A DNA stretch of 64,000 nucleotides from Desulfomonilaceae bacterium (GTDB lineage: Bacteria; Desulfobacterota; Desulfomonilia; Desulfomonilales; Desulfomonilaceae), in NCBI GenBank assembly GCA_041740635.1, contig JBGSLQ010000034.1:5726-69725 (forward strand). Reading direction: 5' to 3'. This document shows positions 10,282-18,904 of this stretch, in pieces. How positions within the stretch are numbered: position 1 is the first letter of the stretch; each line of letters begins with the position of its first letter. Under the pieces are notes generated by a model. That model was not told the DNA's origin, did no database searches, and saw only the letters and a list, made by a program, of their open reading frames with translations. Both the position numbers and the translations under genes were made by a program.

Positions 10282-11493
10282 ATGAATACCGGAGATAACG
10301 CCTGGGTTTTGGCTTCCGCTGCGCTGGTCTTTTTGATGACCCCTGCAGTGGCATTGTTCTACGGAGGCATGACGAGGGCGAAGAACGTGCTCGCAACTAT
10401 TATGCAAAGCTTTATTGTCATGGGATTGGTATCCGTAATATGGATGCTCTGGGGATTTAGCCTGGCATTCGGCCCGGATGTATTTCATGGGTTTCTCGGC
10501 GGAACAAAGTATTTCGGATTGAATCATATAGCCGGTGAATTGTGGACGGGCTCCACCATCGCTGCGGCTACATTCGTGGTATTCCAGTGCGGATTCGCAG
10601 TCATAACTCCGGCACTCATTACCGGTGCTTTTGCGGAAAGAATGAATTTCGGCCCGTTCCTCATCTTCATAGCCCTATGGTCGACTTTCGTGTACTGCCC
10701 GTTGGCCCACTGGGTATGGGGACCTGATGGCTGGCTCTCCAATATGGGGGCTCTCGATTTTGCGGGCGGGACCGTAGTCCATATCAGCGCGGGCATGGCA
10801 GGGTTGGCATGTGCATTGAGTTTGGGCAAACGTGACGGGTACGGAGAAAAACCCCTCATGCCGCACAATCTGACACTCACCCTGATAGGCGCCGGATTAC
10901 TGTGGATAGGATGGTACGGCTTCAACTCCGGTAGTGCGCTCAAAGCTAATGAAAGCGCTGCGATGGCCTTTCTGGTGACCCAAATGGCTGCATCGGCTGC
11001 TCTCCTGTCGTGGGTTTGTGCGGAATGGATCGTTCAAGGTAAGCCGACAACTCTCGGTATGGCTTCCGGAGCTATTGGAGGGCTGGTTGCCATAACACCC
11101 GCGGCCGGGTACGTGGGGCCGGTCTCCGCTCTTGCCCTGGGACTGGTCGCTGGGGCAATCTGTTTCTTCGCCTGCTTGTCAAAAAAATTCCTGGGATATG
11201 ACGATTCTTTGGACGTTTTTGGAATTCATGCTGTGGGAGGGGCGTGGGGTGCCATTGCCACCGGAATTTTTGCGGCAAAAGGAATCGGCGGTGTGGACGG
11301 ACTTATATACGGAAATGTTGGACAGTTCACAACACAGATCATTGCCGTTGTAGTCACATCCATCTACGCCTTCTCAGTAACATTTATACTGATGTACGTT
11401 CTCAATTTATTCCTGTACATGCGTGTACCTCGAGATCAAGAAGAGGAAGGCCTGGACACGGCAATTCACGGTGAAGCCGGTTACAATTTCTAA
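10282..11493 (+). CDS. amt: Ammonium transporter (Amt family)
   Basis: MTPAVALFYGGM, FAERM, LDFAGGTVVHI, GWYGFNSGS, DDSLDVFGIH. Confidence 0.97.
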   Translation: MNTGDNAWVLASAALVFLMTPAVALFYGGMTRAKNVLATIMQSFIVMGLVSVIWMLWGFSLAFGPDVFHGFLGGTKYFGLNHIAGELWTGSTIAAATFVVFQCGFAVITPALITGAFAERMNFGPFLIFIALWSTFVYCPLAHWVWGPDGWLSNMGALDFAGGTVVHISAGMAGLACALSLGKRDGYGEKPLMPHNLTLTLIGAGLLWIGWYGFNSGSALKANESAAMAFLVTQMAASAALLSWVCAEWIVQGKPTTLGMASGAIGGLVAITPAAGYVGPVSALALGLVAGAICFFACLSKKFLGYDDSLDVFGIHAVGGAWGAIATGIFAAKGIGGVDGLIYGNVGQFTTQIIAVVVTSIYAFSVTFILMYVLNLFLYMRVPRDQEEEGLDTAIHGEAGYNF

Positions 11494-11522
11494 AGAGAGC
11501 TATATCTTGGAAGTGGATACAA

Positions 11523-11550
11523 AATGGCCTCGCACGAAGACGAGGCCATT
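11523..11550. terminator. Bidirectional terminator-like hairpin between convergent genes
   Basis: Perfect 10-bp stem AATGGCCTCG-N8-CGAGGCCATT. Confidence 0.6.
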
Positions 11551-11571
11551 CAGGGAATTAGCAATTGGGAT

Positions 11572-12054
11572 CTATTCAGATAAAGGTGGTATTCCTTTAT
11601 CCAGTTCGTTCACTGCAGAATCGGCTGCCGCTTTCGGGGAACTCAGGGCTGTTTTTCCAAACATAAGTTTTCCTTTCACTGCCTTTGCATTGCCAGCAGT
11701 ATGGGAAAACTTTTTCGAATACTGCTTCCCTGAATCCAGTTCGGCCTGCTCCGGATCCGTGAATGGAAATGTCTGCACAGCAATTGGTTTACCTGATTCA
11801 TCGAAAAATTCCACTTGGAATGTTACTTCTCTGACCCGTGTTCGTGGAACAACTTTGACGGTAATTTCCTGAGGAGTGGGCCAGAGCGTGACTTCCCAAT
11901 ATATTGGGGCTCGCGCTTCAGCCGAACCGCTCACATTCAATAAAATCACCATACAACAAATCGGCAGAATTTTTTGCAGATAAAGACGTAACATAGCGCC
12001 TCCCGAAGAGGTCCGTAGGAGCAAGAGCCTTCTAAAGAGTAAACGTGGTTGCAT
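11572..12054 (-). CDS. Hypothetical secreted beta-sandwich-like protein
   Basis: Signal-like segment ending AEA; beta-rich core (VTFQVEFFDESGKPIAVQTF). Confidence 0.65.
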   Translation of the reverse strand: MQPRLLFRRLLLLRTSSGGAMLRLYLQKILPICCMVILLNVSGSAEARAPIYWEVTLWPTPQEITVKVVPRTRVREVTFQVEFFDESGKPIAVQTFPFTDPEQAELDSGKQYSKKFSHTAGNAKAVKGKLMFGKTALSSPKAAADSAVNELDKGIPPLSE

Positions 12055-12286
12055 TTTAACAAAACGAGGGACTCAGACTACGGACGAATCAAATATTGAC
12101 AGGAGCCGCATTATTGCTCAATCGGAGGAAATCTGCAAGTCAAACGTGCGGAACGACAAATATATACATTTGTAAAAAATACGCTCGCTTTACGGCTTTG
12201 GAATCTTGACATATCCATGAGCATCTTATGTACATAATGCTCAGATTTTATGATCGAATCACTGATCCATCGTTGTTTGATACAGA

Positions 12287-12886
12287 ATGAGCAGAAGGAG
12301 TTTAATTATGAAAATCTGTTACTTGGTTCTTCTCCTCGTCACATTCATTGTGAGCTCCACAGTTTGGAATACGCCGGTGCATGCAGACAACCGAAAAAAG
12401 ACGAATGTTACGCCAGTAAAGCACTCAGTGGTCAAGCCTGCACCAAGCCCGAGAGTTGCTGCCGCTCAGCCTGCGCTCCAGACGAATCCGCAGATGGCGT
12501 CCTCCGTTCCGGGAACGGTATGTTATTTTCCCGGCGCAAACAGCAATTCCTGGGGTACATCTGCCGGTGCAGGGAGCGACACGGGACGATATCCGTCGGC
12601 TTCTCCCATGCAGGGCCAAACGATGCAGACTCCGCAGAGGGGCACTGTAGCGACTCAACCGACGTGTTTTTACTACCCCAACACCGTGTGTTACAACCCT
12701 ACAGCACAATGCTGGACTCAATGGGGAGTTCCCGCAGCCGTGGGGTCGGCAGTCTCGAACCAACCAGTGCAACAGGGGACGCAAAATTCCGCGTGGAATC
12801 AGCCGGCGCAGGCGGGAAGTGCTCCTTCCGGAAACAATGTTGTGTACTATTCAGCCTGTGTTCCTGCATGGAATGTATGGTACTGA
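12287..12886 (+). CDS. Hypothetical secreted low-complexity (Gln/Pro/Thr/Ala) protein with Cys/aromatic motifs
   Basis: AGGAG RBS, signal peptide ending VHA, repeated TVCY(F/N)P motif. Confidence 0.7.
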   Translation: MSRRSLIMKICYLVLLLVTFIVSSTVWNTPVHADNRKKTNVTPVKHSVVKPAPSPRVAAAQPALQTNPQMASSVPGTVCYFPGANSNSWGTSAGAGSDTGRYPSASPMQGQTMQTPQRGTVATQPTCFYYPNTVCYNPTAQCWTQWGVPAAVGSAVSNQPVQQGTQNSAWNQPAQAGSAPSGNNVVYYSACVPAWNVWY

Positions 12887-12938
12887 AACTCACAATTATC
12901 GTCTTGCTTTCAACGAGCCTGCGCACGTGAAATGGATT

Positions 12939-12976
12939 CAGTAGAGAGTTTTTTCTTCCGGAGAAGCTCTCTACTG
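12939..12976 (+). terminator. Hairpin after the 12287 gene
   Basis: CAGTAGAGAG...CTCTCTACTG 10-bp stem followed by CTTT. Confidence 0.45.
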
Positions 12977-13185
12977 CTTTCAAACTATCTGCTTCAACGA
13001 AGCGGGACCACGGGCATTCGAAAAATAATTGCCATGAAAGCCGAAGAGTAGGTGCGCAGGCACTTCGCATTGCCGTCATCACAGTCTCTGCCCCCGAATA
13101 ACGGAATGGTTACTCAGGTACCGTTTTTTCCGTTGCCTGTCGATCTCCCCATGGTGTATAAGAGGCCAGCCCCTTAAATACAATC

Positions 13186-14055
13186 GTGAGTATCCTTATG
13201 AAATCTTTGTTGAGGCCTCTGGTCAGGATTGCCCTACCTCTGTTTATAGCTCTTATCGCGCTTTTTGGGATGTGCAGGGAGTCTGCTGCCCAGGATCGGT
13301 CCAAAAGCGAAAACCGGCGCCCTTGGCTCATGGTGGGCCTGTCAACCGATGGATGTTCCCGCGGATGCAAGCATGTCTTTTCTGTGATCAAGCAACTGAG
13401 CGGCAATCCAAATGGGGTCATTCTCCACTTCTCAAAAGTGACCCTGGAAACCGTAATGGAAATGCAGCCCGAGTTTATCGTCTTGAGTCCCCAGGGAACT
13501 CCGTGGTGTCGCTATTCCGGTGAGCTTGGAGTATCTCTCCAGAATTTCCTGTGGTCGTTACCTGTATTCGCTGAGGAAATGAATATTCCGATGCTGGGGA
13601 TTTGTGGCGGTCATCAGGCGCTTGCTCTTGCATTCGGCGGCAAAGTAGGCCCTGTTCGCTCTGTCGACGATGCCTGCATGCCTTACAGCCGTGATCGGCA
13701 AGGAGGAGTGGTCCCTCTCACCGTGACATCTCAGGATCCGATTTTCGAAGGTGTAGTGGGATCGATTCGAATGCTCGAGAGCCATTTCGATGAAGTTAAG
13801 GTGTTGCCGCCGGGCTTTGTTCTCCTGGCTTCAGAGAAGGTTAGTAGAAATCAGATCATTCGCCATCCGAGCAAACCCGTGTACGGCATCCAGGGGCATC
13901 CGGAGCACTTCTACAGCAATCGGCCGGATGGAGGAATTCTCCTGAAGAACTTCCTCAGGATCGCGAATGCGCACAATAAGGCAGTGAAGAGATTCCCGGA
14001 GCCTCAGCAACTCATTTCAAGCAGCGTGGGAGAACACGGGCAGAGCGTGAGATAA
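13186..14055 (+). CDS. Class I glutamine amidotransferase-like / peptidase C26-type protein with N-terminal signal or TM segment
   Basis: LSPQG oxyanion segment, LGICGGHQ nucleophile elbow, IQGHPE His-Glu. Confidence 0.85.
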   Translation: MSILMKSLLRPLVRIALPLFIALIALFGMCRESAAQDRSKSENRRPWLMVGLSTDGCSRGCKHVFSVIKQLSGNPNGVILHFSKVTLETVMEMQPEFIVLSPQGTPWCRYSGELGVSLQNFLWSLPVFAEEMNIPMLGICGGHQALALAFGGKVGPVRSVDDACMPYSRDRQGGVVPLTVTSQDPIFEGVVGSIRMLESHFDEVKVLPPGFVLLASEKVSRNQIIRHPSKPVYGIQGHPEHFYSNRPDGGILLKNFLRIANAHNKAVKRFPEPQQLISSSVGEHGQSVR

Positions 14056-14148
14056 AACCAAAAGTTTCTGTTCGGACCTGAGCTAACTCGATTCTATTGA
14101 ATTGGCCACATATGCAAGAAGGCGAAGACTATCGGTTTGAGTTCGATA

Positions 14149-16584
14149 TCAGAAAGAACGAGATTCGAGAGCGTCTTGCCAGCCTGACCGCCAGGACCGA
14201 GTCTTGAGAAAACCGGTGAGGCGTGCACCGACTCCCTTCAGGTAAGCCACAACTTCCGGGTGTCCTTCAAAATACGCGTCCATCAATGCCGTCCATCCGA
14301 ACTTGGTTCTCGCGTTGATGTATGATCCCGATTTTAACAGCACTTTCACTATTTCCAGTCTTCCTGCGGCCGCGGCTATCATCAAAGGGGTTTTGCCGTC
14401 TTTATCGGATGCATTCACGTCCGCTCCCGAAGAAATGAGCAGCGAGATTACTTCGGCAGTTCCTGCTTTGGCAGCCCAGAAGAGCGGGGTGTTCCCGAAT
14501 TTGTTCCGCGCATCGGGATTGGCGCCGCGGCTGAGCAGAAGTTGCACAACTGCGCGGTAACCGCCGTAACCGGCCCAGAATAGAGAAGTGTTCCAGTACT
14601 TGGCATCCATGGAGTTCACGTCGGCTCCTCGATCGAGCATTGCTTCCACCAAATCCGGCATGTTACGCTTCGCGGCAGCATGGAGCGCCTCGTTCAGGAA
14701 ATCTATGCTTGCGCCTCCCTTGATACGGGTCTCTATCAAAATCTTTGCCAATTCACTCCGTCTGGCTCGAAAAGCGTATTCCAACGCGGAAAAGCCTTCT
14801 TTGCTCCGCAATTCGGTATCGGCTCCATGTTTCAAAAGCATTTTCATCAAGGGAACGGAATCCGCCAGGATTGCTGCCATAAGAGGAGTTCTCGCCAGAT
14901 CGTTGGGCGCATTGACGTTTGCTCCACGCAATATGAGCAACTCGGCAACGGGAACATGTCCTTTGTAGCATGCCCAGATGAGCGGCGTGTTACCGTGACG
15001 ACCTCTTCCGCCTTCAATTGAAGCTCCTGAATCGAGAAGAAGTCGAACTATGGGAAGGTCTCCGTTGTGGCATGCCCACGAGAGCGGATTTGCTCCCGAG
15101 GTGCTTCGTGCATTCACATTCGCGCGCTTTTTCAAGAGCAGCTCGACTGCATGGGTCTTGCCGGAACGAACCGCCCAGATCAACGGCGTGCTTCCCGAAT
15201 TATCACGGGTATTTATATCTGCACCTTTTTTCAAAAGAGCATCGATGATCTCGACATGGCCATTGTATGCGGCCCAGAACAAAATTGTGCTGCCGTATTT
15301 TACGTCGCGTATATCCAGTCGAGCACCGAATCTCAGGAGTTGACTCACAACTTCTTCCTTTCCACTGCATACACCCCAAAAAATAGGGGTCTGACCTGCT
15401 TGGTTCACGGCGTTCACCTGAGCCCCGCGAGCCAGCAGTAGCTTGACGATATTGGTGTGACCGCGGTAGCCGGCCCAGAAAAGACCGGTGTTACCGCATA
15501 TGGATTGGGCGTCGATTTCGGCGCCTCTGTCCAAAAGCAAGTTCACGGCACGAACAGCCCCGCCGCTGCATGCATAGATCAAGGCAGTTTTTCGATACTT
15601 ATCGCGGGCGTGAACGTCGGCTCCGTATTCGAGAAGCATGTCGACCGTATCGGTGCTGCCAGCCCGAGCCGCCAGAATGAGCGGTGTGAATCCGGCCGCA
15701 TTCGTCGCATTCACCTCTGCACCATATTTGAGCAGCATCTCAGCCAAGGGAGTATGCTTTTTGAATGCCGCCCAGAATAAAGCAGTGCTGCCGTTTCTGT
15801 TTCGGAGATTCGGATCGATCCCTTTGGAAAGGAGTAATTCTGCAACGGGAGCGTTACCGTTATCTGCAGCCCAGAAAAGCGCCGAACAGCCGTTTCTTGG
15901 CTCCTGACGGTTCACCTGTGCTCCGCGATCCAGGAGAAAGCGCACAGTTTCGGTATCATTCGACCGCACAGCAGCAGCAAGAGGAAGATTCCCGAATGCA
16001 TCAAAGGAATCTATCTCGATTCCCCGATCGAGAAGAATTTCCGTGACCTCTTGATGCCCGGAAGAGGCTGCTAGAGCGAGCGCAGCCCTGTTGTCGGGAC
16101 TTCCCGGGTGGACCTGAGCATCCAATTCCAGGAGCAATTCCACCAGTTCGGGATAACCTTGTCGTATGGCCCATGCGAGTGGAGTGTTTCCGTCCTTGTC
16201 CGGGGTATTCAGGCGAGCACCGACACGCCACAAGAGTTCCACGACATCCGTGTGCCCCCACATGCAGGCTCTGAGCAATGCCGTTTCACCATCTATGTTG
16301 CGCGTCTCGATTTCCGCGCTTCGATTCAGCAGCAACTGAATCACTTCGCGGTGGCCGGCGAGAGCGGCCTCCATCAAAGGTGTATTCCCGAATTGGTCCG
16401 TGCGATTAAGCTGCGCTCCTCGTGATAACAACAGTTCCACGATGGCGGCGTGACCGGCGAGTGCAGCAGCCGCAAGAGGTCTTATTCCTTCCAGATCGGC
16501 ATCCGGATTAGCTCCTTGCAGGATCAACTGATGAATTCGAACCAGATCTCCGGTTCTGGCCGCTTTGATGAAACTATTCTCCAT
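14149..16584 (-). CDS. Ankyrin-repeat protein (~24 repeats, no other domain)
   Basis: Continuous 33-aa GxTPLxxA...GHxxVVxLLLxxGAxVN repeats counted by eye. Confidence 0.95.
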   Translation of the reverse strand: MENSFIKAARTGDLVRIHQLILQGANPDADLEGIRPLAAAALAGHAAIVELLLSRGAQLNRTDQFGNTPLMEAALAGHREVIQLLLNRSAEIETRNIDGETALLRACMWGHTDVVELLWRVGARLNTPDKDGNTPLAWAIRQGYPELVELLLELDAQVHPGSPDNRAALALAASSGHQEVTEILLDRGIEIDSFDAFGNLPLAAAVRSNDTETVRFLLDRGAQVNRQEPRNGCSALFWAADNGNAPVAELLLSKGIDPNLRNRNGSTALFWAAFKKHTPLAEMLLKYGAEVNATNAAGFTPLILAARAGSTDTVDMLLEYGADVHARDKYRKTALIYACSGGAVRAVNLLLDRGAEIDAQSICGNTGLFWAGYRGHTNIVKLLLARGAQVNAVNQAGQTPIFWGVCSGKEEVVSQLLRFGARLDIRDVKYGSTILFWAAYNGHVEIIDALLKKGADINTRDNSGSTPLIWAVRSGKTHAVELLLKKRANVNARSTSGANPLSWACHNGDLPIVRLLLDSGASIEGGRGRHGNTPLIWACYKGHVPVAELLILRGANVNAPNDLARTPLMAAILADSVPLMKMLLKHGADTELRSKEGFSALEYAFRARRSELAKILIETRIKGGASIDFLNEALHAAAKRNMPDLVEAMLDRGADVNSMDAKYWNTSLFWAGYGGYRAVVQLLLSRGANPDARNKFGNTPLFWAAKAGTAEVISLLISSGADVNASDKDGKTPLMIAAAAGRLEIVKVLLKSGSYINARTKFGWTALMDAYFEGHPEVVAYLKGVGARLTGFLKTRSWRSGWQDALESRSF

Positions 16585-17096
16585 GAATGCTTGCCTGATC
16601 TACACGGTCGGAGAATTCTGCGACCGGTTCTGTTCGGAGCCTCACTTTTGACCCAGCAGCACAGTGAATTAAGCGCTCCAAAGATCAATAAGCAAGTGCA
16701 ATCCGATCATTTCATTCACACATTTTATGGTCTATTACGATAGTATACCATGTTTATTCCTTTTTTTATAGAAATAAAAAGTTACCCTTTAAATTCAACG
16801 GGTTCTTTCATAAGATTCGAATCTCGCATCTCATGTTTCGTTAAGATATTCGAGAGAGGGATCACATTGGATTTCGTTGTTCTGACATAAACTGCACATG
16901 GGGGGTGGAAAATATTGTTGATAAACCATTTTTGAAATGGTAAGATAGGTGCCTATTCTTCCCGATCTTACTTACAGTTGTCCAGTTTGATAGTGTAGAT
17001 TATGCAGGACGAATCGGGGATTGCGTTTCTGACTATTGTCCCAAGTTTCCTGACAAAAAAAAGACAGAGTTATTCTTTATTTGAGGCATAATTGTT

Positions 17097-18482
17097 ATGG
17101 AAGAGCTCTCTTCTCACCACGTGAAAAACCGAAGCGCGTGTTTGGGGGAATCGGAAATTCATTATCCAGGGACGAAGGTCCGGCAGAGATTCCTTGAAAA
17201 ATGTTTAGCCGATTCTTATGTAATTTACGATCTCTATGGAACTCCTCAGCAGGTAAGTACGAATTTCGGCAAGTCGTTCGGATGGAGTCTCGAAGAACTC
17301 AAGGACCGCGGGAATCCATATGTGCCGGATTGCGAGCGGGAACGCTTATTGTGCGCCATTTTAGCGGCACGTGATGGGGATCCCAAATGGCTGGTAACAA
17401 GAAGATTTACGAAAGCCGGTGAACTCCTGGATATAGCCTATTATCCTTTCCGGATACTCGACAACGAGGGACAATGTGTAGCAGTGCTTGTTATAAATCG
17501 CAATCTGACCCAAATTTCGGAATGGAAAATCTTGCGAGACTGCACGTGGGAGGAACTGACATCCGAATGGGGTTTTGAACAAGAACTGTTGCCTCTCCAT
17601 CAGATTCATGAACACGGGACATCATTCGACAAACATTCTATAGGCTTGGCAATTGTGGATTTACTGGGAACATCTATTCGGATGAGCAGACAATTCGCAC
17701 ATACGCTGAATCTTAATGGGGACGATTCGCCGGATTCCGAGGCACTGAAATCGGTCTTCTGCACTATCGGCCTGTGGGAAAAGGCGTTAATGTCGGATGG
17801 GGTAGCCGATCATGTGATTATCTACAAACCTTATGATATCCCAATACCCCTGCGGGTCCAGACTTCCCTTGCCAAACGAAAAGGTGTCCCGAACACTGTA
17901 ATTGCTTTAGTTATTTCAGACATACTCCCTTGGCACGATACCGCAGCTTGTATCCGACAAGATACGCGATTTCCTGAGGCAAGTACCGCTTCAGGGAAAC
18001 AGTCGGAAAATCAAAGACACGACACACAACGTGCCAAGAAAAGTATGCAACAAAGCGTACAGCATCTCATGAAAACGAATGATGCAGTGAAGAAGGTCCT
18101 GCAACTACATCAAGATTACAAGAATGACGTGCAGGAACGTATTCAACAGAATTTGAGATTAGCTATTTTACCTATTCTCGAGGAATTGAAGAAAACTGAA
18201 ACGACTGCATCTCACAAACATTTAATAGACATACTCGATTTTAATCTCAGACATATTATGTCCCAGTTTGGAGCAAAGGTCCTTAGCTTTGAAAATAAAC
18301 TCACAAAAAGAGAATTGCAGATCTGCCATATGATCAGGGCTGGAAAGAACAGCAGGGAAATTGCCGCGGGGCTCGATTTGACCTATGAAACGGTTATAGT
18401 TCATCGAAAAAATATCAGGAAGAAGTTAGGCCTCAAGAATGAGAAATCGAGTCTCATCGGATATCTCAAGAAGTGGTCGTAG
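17097..18482 (+). CDS. PAS-like domain + LuxR-type HTH transcriptional regulator
   Basis: C-terminal LTKRELQICHMIRAGKNSREIA...TVIVHRKNIRKKLGL; PAS-like N-terminus; coiled-coil linker. Confidence 0.85.
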   Translation: MEELSSHHVKNRSACLGESEIHYPGTKVRQRFLEKCLADSYVIYDLYGTPQQVSTNFGKSFGWSLEELKDRGNPYVPDCERERLLCAILAARDGDPKWLVTRRFTKAGELLDIAYYPFRILDNEGQCVAVLVINRNLTQISEWKILRDCTWEELTSEWGFEQELLPLHQIHEHGTSFDKHSIGLAIVDLLGTSIRMSRQFAHTLNLNGDDSPDSEALKSVFCTIGLWEKALMSDGVADHVIIYKPYDIPIPLRVQTSLAKRKGVPNTVIALVISDILPWHDTAACIRQDTRFPEASTASGKQSENQRHDTQRAKKSMQQSVQHLMKTNDAVKKVLQLHQDYKNDVQERIQQNLRLAILPILEELKKTETTASHKHLIDILDFNLRHIMSQFGAKVLSFENKLTKRELQICHMIRAGKNSREIAAGLDLTYETVIVHRKNIRKKLGLKNEKSSLIGYLKKWS

Positions 18483-18904
18483 CAGGGAATATTGAGCTGA
18501 CAGCAAAGGTACGAGAGAATTGATAAACCCGGCAGTGACCGATTTTGTTGAATTGGGTATTCTGGCTACCCAAAATATTGTATATTTTCTATTATTGACA
18601 TAACCTTTTTTTCACATCACTATAACGGTAGTCTATTGGTGTCAGGGAGGCTTGTCTCAGACCAGTGCGATTGATGCGCACGGTGTTATACATCTCCGTA
18701 TAGATCTCCACACCGGGAATCGGGCGCTCGGATCAAAGCGGTAGGATGGGAACGCATTTGGTAGGGTTTCTCTGTCATCTTTTCTACCATTGTCGTTTGC
18801 CCGCTGAGTGATAATTCACTTACGGCTTGGCAGTTGGAGTGATTCAGACACTCGAAACCGTGATAATTCCTGGGGGGAAGGTGCTGGACGTAAGCAGTTC
18901 ATTC

